Of a stretch of 64,000 bases of DNA, positions 35,610 through 43,582 are shown piece by piece; the stretch's first letter is position 1, and the number at the start of each line of letters is the position of its first letter. The notes below the pieces were generated by a model that was not told the origin of the DNA, ran no database searches, and saw only the letters and a program-made list of their open reading frames with translations. Made by a program: the position numbers and the translations under genes. Origin of the DNA: Pyrinomonadaceae bacterium (GTDB lineage: Bacteria; Acidobacteriota; Blastocatellia; Pyrinomonadales; Pyrinomonadaceae); the NCBI GenBank assembly GCA_035995185.1, contig DASYKT010000009.1:28174-92173 (forward strand), written 5' to 3'.

Positions 35610-36173
35610 ATGGCAATTTCGGCAAACGATATCCGCAGAGGGATGATAATTATTCACGAGGGCGAGCCCTGCAAGGTGATGGAATTTCAGCACAAGACGC
35701 CGGGCAACCTGCGCGCGATGGTGCAGACCCGCATGCGCAATCTGCGCACGGGAAATTCCTTCGAGCACCGCTTCAGTTCATCCGATAAGGTTGATAAAGC
35801 CGTGATGGAACAGCACCAGATGGAATATCTCTATTCCGATGGCGACCAGCACCACTTTATGAACACGGAAAGCTACGAGCAGATCGCGCTGAACGAAAGC
35901 GACCTCGGCGACGCGGCCCAGTGGCTGATGGCCGGCTTAAAGATCGACGTTGAGTTTTACGAAGGCGCGCCGATCGGGATCGATATGCCTATGTCGATGG
36001 ACTTGACCGTGACGGAAACCGATCCGCCCCTCAAAGGCGCGACGGTCTCAAATTCGAACAAGCCGGCCAAACTGGAAAACGGTGTTTCGATCACCGTACC
36101 GCCTTTCATCACCGTGGGCGAAAAGATCCGCGTAAATCCGGCCGAATCGAAATACATCGAACGTGTAAAATAA
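35610..36173 (+). CDS. efp: elongation factor P
   Basis: 187 aa, full-length collinear with EF-P (GEPCKVMEFQHKTPGNLRA..., KPAKLENG..., GEKIRVNPAESKYIERV). Confidence 0.9.
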   Translation: MAISANDIRRGMIIIHEGEPCKVMEFQHKTPGNLRAMVQTRMRNLRTGNSFEHRFSSSDKVDKAVMEQHQMEYLYSDGDQHHFMNTESYEQIALNESDLGDAAQWLMAGLKIDVEFYEGAPIGIDMPMSMDLTVTETDPPLKGATVSNSNKPAKLENGVSITVPPFITVGEKIRVNPAESKYIERVK

Positions 36174-36264
36174 ACGGTGCGTAGCCTGCGCTTGGCCCGT
36201 GCGTGAGAAAGGGGCGCCCTTCCTGATCACGAGGCCGGGCTACTGATAGAAAGCCACGACGCCA

Positions 36265-37584
36265 ATGTTCATTCTTTATAGCGTTCTTTTAACCGTTGCC
36301 TTCGTTATCCTTTTCCCTCGTTTTTTGCACGATGTTATGCGGCGCGGCAAATACGCGGCGGGTTTCCGGCAGCGGTTGGGACGCCTTCCCGCGTTTGATG
36401 CCGAAGGAAAACCTGTCATTTGGCTGCATTGCGTTTCGGTCGGCGAGACGCAGGCGGCGCGCCCGCTGGTCGACGAACTCCTGAAAGATTTCCCCGGTCA
36501 TAAACTCGTGATCTCCACCACCACCCGGACCGGCCAGGAAGTCGCGCAAAATCTATTTGCCGATAAAGCCGCACTGATCTTTTACTTCCCTTTTGATTGG
36601 AAATTTGCCGTTCGCCGCGCGTTAAAGACCATCAATCCGCAAGTCGTTTTACTGATGGAAACCGAGCTCTGGTTCAATTTCCTGCGCGTCGCCCACAAAA
36701 GTAATGTCAAAATAGCGATCGTCAACGGCCGGTTGTCTGACCGGTCGGTCAATCGTTATATGTGGATCCGCAAATTTATGATACGGGTCTTGTATTATGT
36801 CGATCTGGCGCTGATGCAAAGCCAGCAGGACGGCAACCGGATAAAAGAATTGGGAATGAAAAATTCCCGCATCCGCGTGACGGGCAATATCAAATTCGAT
36901 CAGCCGGTGGATGAGCAGGAAAACCTCCTCACCGGGGATTTTCGCAAACGTTTTGGGATCGCCGATTCGCGCCTGATCGTGGCCGCCAGCACCCATGATC
37001 CGGAAGAAAAATGGCTGCTCGAAGCTTTTTCAGCAATTAAAAATTCGTCCGAAAATTCCAAGGTGCGCCTGATGATCGTCCCTCGTCATCCGGAGCGGTT
37101 CAGTGAGGTCGCGGAATTGGTTTCTTCCAATGGATTTACTTCCGTAAGGCGCTCCGCCGAACCAGGCATAGCGGACGAACTGGCGGATGTTATCCTGCTG
37201 GATAGCATCGGCGAACTTCGCGCGGTCTTTCCTCTGGCGGAGATCGTTTTTGTCGGCGGAAGCCTGATCCCACACGGCGGGCAAAATATACTCGAACCCG
37301 CGGCGGCGCATAAAGCGATCATTACCGGGCCGTATACAGCGAATTTCGCCGCTATCGTCAGTGAGTTTTTGGAAAAAGACGCGCTGATCCAATTGCCTGT
37401 GCTGGGCAAGGCGGAGATGACGGATAAACTTCAAGCGGCCATTATCGAGCTTTTGCAAAAACCGGAGGTCGGCAGGAAATTGGCCGACAAGGCGTTTTCG
37501 ATAATGCAGGCAAATGCCGGCGCGGCCGAAAAAACGGTAAAATACCTGGCGCCGCTTCTCGACGGTCGCGCTAATACGCCGTAA
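36265..37584 (+). CDS. waaA: 3-deoxy-D-manno-octulosonic acid (Kdo) transferase
   Basis: The motif IWLHCVSVGETQAARPLV and the overall GT30 layout. It is adjacent to lpxK. Confidence 0.88.
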   Translation: MFILYSVLLTVAFVILFPRFLHDVMRRGKYAAGFRQRLGRLPAFDAEGKPVIWLHCVSVGETQAARPLVDELLKDFPGHKLVISTTTRTGQEVAQNLFADKAALIFYFPFDWKFAVRRALKTINPQVVLLMETELWFNFLRVAHKSNVKIAIVNGRLSDRSVNRYMWIRKFMIRVLYYVDLALMQSQQDGNRIKELGMKNSRIRVTGNIKFDQPVDEQENLLTGDFRKRFGIADSRLIVAASTHDPEEKWLLEAFSAIKNSSENSKVRLMIVPRHPERFSEVAELVSSNGFTSVRRSAEPGIADELADVILLDSIGELRAVFPLAEIVFVGGSLIPHGGQNILEPAAAHKAIITGPYTANFAAIVSEFLEKDALIQLPVLGKAEMTDKLQAAIIELLQKPEVGRKLADKAFSIMQANAGAAEKTVKYLAPLLDGRANTP

Positions 37585-37589
37585 TTTTT

Positions 37590-38630
37590 ATGCCCTTCGG
37601 CCATTTTTACAACCTGATCATAAAAGCGCGGTCGGCGATGTACCGTCAAGGCATCACGCGTTCGCACGATCTCGATGTGCCGGTGATCAGCGTCGGCAAT
37701 CTCACCGTTGGCGGAACCGGCAAAACGCCGCTCGTCGCTTTTGCAGCCAAAGTCCTGGCGGAAAACGGCCGGAAAGTCTGCATTCTCACTCGCGGCTATA
37801 AGCGCGAAAACCCGAACGAGAGGGTCCTCGTCTCCGATGGCGAAAACATCCTGGCCGAAGTAAAACAAAGCGGTGACGAGCCTTATGAACTAGCGCAAAA
37901 ACTTTTAGGCATCGCTGCCGTGATCGCGGACAAGGACCGCACGGCGGCCGGTGTGTGGGCAAAAGAAAAGTTGGGCAGCGATGCCTTTGTGCTTGATGAC
38001 GGCTTTCAGCATTTTCAGCTAAAACGCAGTCTCGATCTGGTGACCGTCGACGCGACGGACCCGTTCGGCAACGGCTGGCTGCTTCCGCAAGGCACGCTGC
38101 GCGAACCGGTGGCAAATCTGGCGCGGGCCGGCGCAGTAATTCTCACGCGCGCAAACCTGGCGGGCAGCGCCGGCGATCTGGACGCGTTAAAAGCGAAAGT
38201 GCAGGGCCTGGCGCCGGCGGCCGCCGTCTTTACCTCGCAAAATAACACATCGAACATCATCCCCCTGGCAAAGCTTTTCGATGAAAAAAGAACCGTTGCG
38301 ATCAGGTCGCTCCTGCCAAAAACAAGAACGCTGGCTTTTTGCGCCATCGGCAATCCTGACTCTTTCTTTCGCCAGCTAATGGCCGAAGGATTTGAACTGG
38401 CCGGAACCAATAAATTTCCCGATCACTATAAATACACCGAGCGTGACGCTTCGACGTTAAATGAACTGGCCCGGAAATGGAACGCGGATATCCTGCTCAC
38501 GACCGTAAAAGACGCGGTCAAATTAAAAGACTTTCGCTTTGATGTGCCCTGTTACGTTGTGGAGAGCGCCCCTGTTTTCGACAATGAAGAAGGTCTGCGG
38601 GAGTTGATCGTAAAAACTCTTACCAAATAA
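37590..38630 (+). CDS. lpxK: tetraacyldisaccharide 4'-kinase
   Basis: The motif PVISVGNLTVGGTGKTP is a P-loop. Length 346 aa. Confidence 0.88.
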   Translation: MPFGHFYNLIIKARSAMYRQGITRSHDLDVPVISVGNLTVGGTGKTPLVAFAAKVLAENGRKVCILTRGYKRENPNERVLVSDGENILAEVKQSGDEPYELAQKLLGIAAVIADKDRTAAGVWAKEKLGSDAFVLDDGFQHFQLKRSLDLVTVDATDPFGNGWLLPQGTLREPVANLARAGAVILTRANLAGSAGDLDALKAKVQGLAPAAAVFTSQNNTSNIIPLAKLFDEKRTVAIRSLLPKTRTLAFCAIGNPDSFFRQLMAEGFELAGTNKFPDHYKYTERDASTLNELARKWNADILLTTVKDAVKLKDFRFDVPCYVVESAPVFDNEEGLRELIVKTLTK

Positions 38631-38633
38631 CGG

Positions 38634-38776
38634 CTGCCCATAAAGTCGATTTTCTTATTAACAGGCAAAAACCGTGCATTCATTATTAGCCACTAATTAC
38701 ACAAATAAACACGAATTGAAGATTCTTATTCGTGCTATTTGCGTAATTAGTGGCTAATATCCGCGACTTTATAATA
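38634..38776. repeat. family A palindromic element, composite copy (A4)
   Basis: The outer repeat is CTGCCCATAAAGTCG ... CGCGACTTTATAATA. The inner hairpin at 38689-38754 reads GCCACTAATTACACAAATAAACACGAATTGAAGATTCTTATTCGTGCTATTTGCGTAATTAGTGGC. Confidence 0.8.
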
Positions 38777-38777
38777 A

Positions 38778-39527
38778 TTATTCAGTGCCGTTCGGTTTTC
38801 CCGTCGAAGGCTTTTTCGGTTTTGCCGGCGGCTTATTGGCGGGCTGTGCGTCCGGCTTAACATTCGGCTTTGGCTGCATTGTCGGCGAGGCGGTGTTGGC
38901 CGCGGGCGCTGTTCCCGGCGACGGTGAAGTCACCGGTTTCGGAGGCCGGTTCGTATTTGCGCCGCCCCGGTTCGCGTTGACGCCCGGGTTGGAATTTGCC
39001 GGCACCATTATGTAAGTGTTGCCATCCGACATGAACGGGCTGTTCGGATTGCTTTCCATATACACCTGTTGTCCCGGAGGCCCGACGGGCGTAACGGGAT
39101 ATGGATTTGATGAACTATTCGATTGATACCGGCCCGGATTTGCCCACGGGTCGTAACCGTCGCCCGGCACGGCCTGCAGCATATCGGCGGCGTTGCCTAC
39201 AACGGTTGGCAGCGGCTGTCGCAAAGCGCTTTGCTCACTGGCGCCGGTCGGCGGGTTCGCCATCTGAACCGGCATTGCATTAGGATCGGCGGTGGGCACC
39301 GTCGGCAGATCGCTCTTCCGACCGTAAGTCGTGAAATAGATCGTGCCGCTGATGATCGTAATTCCCGCCAGCACAATGAACGCGGTTTTCCACGGGTCGC
39401 CTTTTCTTGCCGTAGCAACGGCAGTTTGCGCGTCCGATTCCGGTGTTTCTTTCTCTTCTACCGGTTCGACGTCTAATTTATTACTGTCCGGTACGATATC
39501 CGGCGATGTTTTTATTTCTTCAGACAT
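38778..39527 (-). CDS. single-pass membrane protein with Pro/Asn-rich extracytoplasmic tail
   Basis: 249-aa ORF with one TM span (AFIVLAGITIISGTIYF) and a low-complexity tail. Confidence 0.45.
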   Translation of the reverse strand: MSEEIKTSPDIVPDSNKLDVEPVEEKETPESDAQTAVATARKGDPWKTAFIVLAGITIISGTIYFTTYGRKSDLPTVPTADPNAMPVQMANPPTGASEQSALRQPLPTVVGNAADMLQAVPGDGYDPWANPGRYQSNSSSNPYPVTPVGPPGQQVYMESNPNSPFMSDGNTYIMVPANSNPGVNANRGGANTNRPPKPVTSPSPGTAPAANTASPTMQPKPNVKPDAQPANKPPAKPKKPSTGKPNGTE

Positions 39528-39612
39528 TACTTTGCGTGACGCTTTTTCCTCTTAATGAATGTTTGGATTCGCCAAACTTGCATCTGGTTGTAGTATAAAC
39601 CCCACCTGATTT

Positions 39613-39642
39613 AAAACAAAAAGACGAGGCCGAAACCTCGTC
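39613..39642 (-). terminator. rho-independent terminator after atpE
   Basis: On the minus strand, GACGAGGTTTCGGCCTCGTC is followed by TTTTTGTTTT. Confidence 0.75.
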
Positions 39643-39662
39643 CCTGCAAAAGTCAAAAGCGT

Positions 39663-39983
39663 TTAGCCGCCAAACGTTCTGGTGAACACGATAAGCATGG
39701 CAAACAAAACGAGCGATTCGATCAGCGCCAGCGCGATGATCATGATCGTCTGAACCGTGCTGGCAGCGCCCGGATTGCGCGCGGCGCCTTCAGCGGCACG
39801 CGAACCCGCCAAACCCTGTCCGATACCCGCTAAACCGGCAGCCAGGCCAAAGCCCAGGATCGCCAGACCGGTACCGATCGAAGTTTCCTTGTGCTCGCCG
39901 GCGGCCGGGGCCTGCGCCATAGCCGAAACGGCCATCAGGGCCATCGCGAGCATTGCTAAACCGATATATCTTAATTTATTCAT
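39663..39983 (-). CDS. atpE: F0F1 ATP synthase subunit c, with an N-terminal signal-like extension
   Basis: The start is moved to MNKLRYIG, which has an AAGGAG RBS 8 nt upstream. The core reads GIGQGLAGSRAAEGAARNP...IIALALIESLVLFAMLIVF. Confidence 0.85.
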   Translation of the reverse strand: MNKLRYIGLAMLAMALMAVSAMAQAPAAGEHKETSIGTGLAILGFGLAAGLAGIGQGLAGSRAAEGAARNPGAASTVQTIMIIALALIESLVLFAMLIVFTRTFGG

Positions 39984-40178
39984 TTTAAGTCTCCTTATAG
40001 TTTTATTTAGTCTGAAGACTTCGGCCAATTCTTTAAAACCTGCGGGGTATGATTTCGCCTCACTTCCGGTATGCGCTCGTTTTATACTCACGTAGAGACG
40101 AGGCTCCTGTCGCGTGCGGGCTATTACTGCTATAAAAGCAAGTTTCGCCAATCAACCAAAGTCCGTTTATCAAAAATC

Positions 40179-41072
40179 TTATGCGTGTGCCGCGATCGTC
40201 TCGCCGTGCGCTTCTTCGCCGTGTCCGCCTGCGTGCCCGTGATCGCCGTGCGATACTTCGCTCAAATAAACCATCGAAAGCAAAGTGAAAACGAACGCCT
40301 GCACAAAAGCCACGAATAATGCCAGCGGCAGCAAAATTACCGGCACTAAAAACTGCGTGTACGGCGGGGCCAGCCCCGAAACCGTCGCCGCTATCGCTTC
40401 GTCCGCGAACATATTGGCAAAAAGCCGGACGCCGAGCGTCAGCGGACGGATCATATTACTGACCAGTTCGATACCAAAGATCAGCGGCGTGATAAATATC
40501 GCCATCAGCAGCGGCAGCCGCGGCCCGGCAAAGTGCGCCAGGTGGCCGATCAATCCGTTTTCCCTGATACCGACCGAGTTGTAGTAAATGAACGACGTGA
40601 TGCCGAGCGCGAAAGTAACGCTGACCGAAGCCGTCGGCGCCATAAAGAGCGGGAACATTCCCATCAGGTTCGATATCAGGATCAGCACCGCGAATGTCGC
40701 CACCACCGGAAAGTATTTATAACCGTGCTCGCCTACTACGCTTACGATCAAATTTTTCAACGCCAGAAATCCTGCCTCGAGCGTCAGCTGCCCGTGGGTC
40801 GGATCGTCTTCCGAAAGCTTGCCTTTGAATATCCAGATCACCGCCATCGTCAGGAGACAGGCGATGATAAACATTATCGTGTACCAGGGTATCGCGTTAT
40901 CGGGATGGCACTCGCCAAAAACACCCACTGTGCTGGTACCCAACGGTTTTAAAACCATGTCCAGCGCGGGATAGAGCGCGCCGTTTTCCACGCGGCAGAC
41001 CGGTTCTCCCAGATAAGTGTTAACAAATTCCACTATCAACGGGGTATGATGGCCTTCTGCAAATAAGAACAT
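40179..41072 (-). CDS. atpB: F0F1 ATP synthase subunit a
   Basis: The motif VSNMIRPLTLGVRLFANMFADE contains the conserved Arg. It has multiple TM spans and a His-rich C-terminal tail. Confidence 0.88.
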   Translation of the reverse strand: MFLFAEGHHTPLIVEFVNTYLGEPVCRVENGALYPALDMVLKPLGTSTVGVFGECHPDNAIPWYTIMFIIACLLTMAVIWIFKGKLSEDDPTHGQLTLEAGFLALKNLIVSVVGEHGYKYFPVVATFAVLILISNLMGMFPLFMAPTASVSVTFALGITSFIYYNSVGIRENGLIGHLAHFAGPRLPLLMAIFITPLIFGIELVSNMIRPLTLGVRLFANMFADEAIAATVSGLAPPYTQFLVPVILLPLALFVAFVQAFVFTLLSMVYLSEVSHGDHGHAGGHGEEAHGETIAAHA

Positions 41073-41074
41073 TA

Positions 41075-41506
41075 TTAATTTCCTCGTTTAAAAACAGCTA
41101 AAAATAATTGAATAAAACCTTCTACTACAATTGCCATCGCCAAAGAAAGCAGGCCGGCGAAAAGGGCCACGACGGAAACTATGCCCGTCAAAAAGATCCC
41201 AAAGATCATGATCAGCAAAAACAAAAACCGCAGGTTGTATCTCAACAACCAGAGGCCGGTCGGTTCGGGGGCGCCGGTTTCGGCCGCCACGCCCAGCATC
41301 TTGCCCAGCGATGCCTTTAACCAGTAGAAATTCAAAAAACTCAGCGCTCCGCCAATTATCAACCCTGCGGTTTCACGCCATCCGAACACGAACAGGCAGA
41401 CAGCCACACCAATAATCAGCAAAACAGCCATTATCAGCAGAATACGCCTCAGGATATCGCCCGGTTTTCCTGTCGAGCCGTTGCTAGGTTCGGAAATTTC
41501 GCTCAT
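41075..41506 (-). CDS. ATP synthase protein I-like membrane protein
   Basis: 143 aa with 4 TM spans. It lies 2 nt upstream of atpB. The call rests mainly on position. Confidence 0.5.
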   Translation of the reverse strand: MSEISEPSNGSTGKPGDILRRILLIMAVLLIIGVAVCLFVFGWRETAGLIIGGALSFLNFYWLKASLGKMLGVAAETGAPEPTGLWLLRYNLRFLFLLIMIFGIFLTGIVSVVALFAGLLSLAMAIVVEGFIQLFLAVFKRGN

Positions 41507-41608
41507 TGCGAAAAGGTAATTTTAGCCTCTGGCGCAGGAAAATTCAATGAAAGCGGGCTGTTTAGGGCTAGATTGTGCATTTTTTCTCAAATTAATACTG
41601 ATTTATTG

Positions 41609-41675
41609 GCCACGAATGTCACATATAACACGAATTAAGAAGCTTCTTATTCGTGTTATATGTGACATTCGTGGC
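41609..41675. repeat. family A palindromic element (A5), near-perfect 67-nt hairpin
   Basis: GCCACGAATGTCACATATAACACGAATTAAGAAGCTTCTTATTCGTGTTATATGTGACATTCGTGGC. Confidence 0.85.
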
Positions 41676-41685
41676 GTATCGGTCT

Positions 41686-42447
41686 CTATCTCAGCTCATC
41701 AAGCCGTTTTTTCGCCTCACCGGCTTCATTTGAGCCCGCAAAACGGGTGACAAGTTCCTTCCAGCATTCGCCATCGTAATGAAAATATTTGGTGTTTCGA
41801 TCAAAAACAAAGGTTATTCCCAGCCTTCGATAGCGGTCCAAACCTGCGTAATTGAGAAAGTAACTGTAAAGAGGGGCGCCGCCCGCCTCCATTTCACTCT
41901 TGTCCAACCGCTTGTGCGCTTCGAAAGTGAGTTTTTGCGCCGCATCCTCAAGCAGGTCACCCAAATAGAGCAAAAGAGCCGGGCGCAGCGCAGACTCCGG
42001 GAACGTCTCCAGGAAGAGCACGCCCCGTTCTATTTGCTCAAAACCTTCGGAGGCGCGAATAAGCCTCAACAGCCGTTCGTCATCGCCGCGCCGCCCGGCT
42101 GAAACGACCGCCTGGGCCTGTACCCAGCCGCGTTTGTCGGGCGGCACCACCACCCAGTAAAAAAGAACCCCGTCCACCTCTTTGCCGGAATAGATCAGCA
42201 CCGTGCGGCCGCGCCGCATTCTCTGCAGCGGGATGCTGTACAGGCTGGGTTCCATTCGCAAAACCGACAGCCGCTCGTCTATCACGGTTCCGGGATAATA
42301 TTTTTCCGTTCTGGGTTTTGCCGGTGAAGTTTTTTTGGTTTGCAACAAAGGACGCTTTTTCTGCGCGGCGATATCGCTCGCGAATACTAGAAAAACAACG
42401 ACACAAATTGAAGTGATCCTGTTTATGGGAAAAAACATTCGGGCCAC
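41686..42447 (-). CDS. secreted hypothetical protein
   Basis: 253-aa ORF with an N-terminal signal peptide. No motif recognised. Confidence 0.5.
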   Translation of the reverse strand: MARMFFPINRITSICVVVFLVFASDIAAQKKRPLLQTKKTSPAKPRTEKYYPGTVIDERLSVLRMEPSLYSIPLQRMRRGRTVLIYSGKEVDGVLFYWVVVPPDKRGWVQAQAVVSAGRRGDDERLLRLIRASEGFEQIERGVLFLETFPESALRPALLLYLGDLLEDAAQKLTFEAHKRLDKSEMEAGGAPLYSYFLNYAGLDRYRRLGITFVFDRNTKYFHYDGECWKELVTRFAGSNEAGEAKKRLDELR

Positions 42448-42532
42448 AACCTTGATCTATGGAATTTGGGGAAATTGCAGGAGTATTTTAACGCAGTTCT
42501 GACGGCTTTGCTTACAGAGTCAAAATATATTA

Positions 42533-42582
42533 GCCACGAATTACACTAATCAACATAATTTCTCATTCGAGTAATTAGTGGC
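42533..42582. repeat. family A palindromic element (A6), degenerate
   Basis: GCCACGAATTACACTAATCAACATAATTTCTCATTCGAGTAATTAGTGGC. It ends 6 nt from the ruvC stop codon. Confidence 0.65.
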
Positions 42583-42587
42583 TAATA

Positions 42588-43103
42588 TTATTTCTTTCGT
42601 TTTCCGGCCGTCGCCTTGTTTATTTTTTGCTGCATCCCGGCGTGATGAAAATGGCAGATCGCCACCGCCAGAGCGTCGGCCGCATCGTGCGGCTCGGGAA
42701 CTTTTGTGAGTTTTAACAGCAGCCGCACCATCTCCTGCACCTGGTGTTTTTCCGCGTTGCCATAACCGACCACCGTTTGCTTTATCAGCCGCGGAGCATA
42801 TTCCGCGATCTCCAGCCCGGCCCGCTCCCCCACTACCAGCACCGCGCCTCTTACCTGTCCCAGTTTGAGTGCGACATTCACATTCACGGCATAAAAAGCT
42901 TCTTCGATCGAGAGAACGTCGGGCTGATATTCAGCAATTAGCTTTTCGACCCCATCGGCAATTTTGAGGAGACGTTTGGAAAATTGGACGCGCGGGCTGG
43001 ATTTGATCGTACCGAAATCTACCAGATCGTATTTTGAAGAGTTTCCGTCAACCACTCCCCAACCGAGCGTTTCACTGCCGGGATCGATTCCTAAAATTCG
43101 CAT
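42588..43103 (-). CDS. ruvC: crossover junction endodeoxyribonuclease RuvC
   Basis: MRILGIDPGSETLGWGV, EEAFYAVNVNVALKLGQVRG and DAADALAVAICH. Confidence 0.92.
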   Translation of the reverse strand: MRILGIDPGSETLGWGVVDGNSSKYDLVDFGTIKSSPRVQFSKRLLKIADGVEKLIAEYQPDVLSIEEAFYAVNVNVALKLGQVRGAVLVVGERAGLEIAEYAPRLIKQTVVGYGNAEKHQVQEMVRLLLKLTKVPEPHDAADALAVAICHFHHAGMQQKINKATAGKRKK

Positions 43104-43105
43104 TT

Positions 43106-43582
43106 CGTGATACGTAATACGCTATACGCAAGCGCTTCAGTCGCCGGTTCTTACTTTAATGACCAGTTTAGCAAGCTGGCGTCTTATTTTATCGATCTTG
43201 TCACTTAACAAGGAAAAATGTCGCTCATCAATATAGTCCAAGTCACCAGCCAAAATAATCTGATAATCGACCTCAAAGGCAGAACCTAAAGCTATCTGCA
43301 AAAAGTGCGCATAATCCTTACTGGTTCCCCGGCCACAGCCTTCTGCGATATTGGAAGCTATCGAAACGCACGCGCGCCTCAATTGACTGGTCAATCCAAA
43401 TAACTCTTCTTTCGGAAAAACCTTGGTTACTTTATAAATTTCCAGAGTTAGTAAATGAGATTCTTTCCAAACCTCTAATTGCCGAAAATCGCGCATGGGA
43501 GTACTCGCTTTCGTTTTATGTTCTAAGTAATATCATTACGTTCCGCGTACTGCGTATTGCGTATTGCGTTCCGCGTATCACG
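43106..43582. mobile_element. candidate inverted-repeat-bounded cassette carrying the four-helix-bundle gene (family D arms D2 and D3)
   Basis: D2 at 43106-43130 reads CGTGATACGTAATACGCTATACGCA. D3 at 43535-43582 reverse-complements to CGTGATACGCGGAACGCAATACGCAATACGCAGTACGCGGAACGTAAT. The arm order and orientation match the ORF-less copy at 15129-15252. No transposase is present. Confidence 0.4.
43137..43496 (-). CDS. four-helix-bundle protein (23S rRNA intervening-sequence protein / Avd-like family)
   Basis: The motifs FRQLEVWKESHLLTLEIYKVTKVFPKEELFGLTSQLRRACVSIASNIAEGCGR and FLQIALGSAFEV are the hallmark of this family. Length 119 aa. Confidence 0.85.
   Translation of the reverse strand: MRDFRQLEVWKESHLLTLEIYKVTKVFPKEELFGLTSQLRRACVSIASNIAEGCGRGTSKDYAHFLQIALGSAFEVDYQIILAGDLDYIDERHFSLLSDKIDKIRRQLAKLVIKVRTGD

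Noticed and set aside
39663-41506. N-type (Na+) ATPase operon.
   Set aside because: The N-ATPase hallmark genes (atpQ/atpR, and beta/epsilon preceding the a subunit) are absent. The c-subunit ion motif is only partial. A split F-type operon is the simpler reading.
43137-43496. The four-helix-bundle gene as part of a diversity-generating retroelement (Avd).
   Set aside because: There is no reverse transcriptase, no template/variable repeat pair and no target gene in the neighbourhood. Only the family relationship is retained, in the cassette finding.
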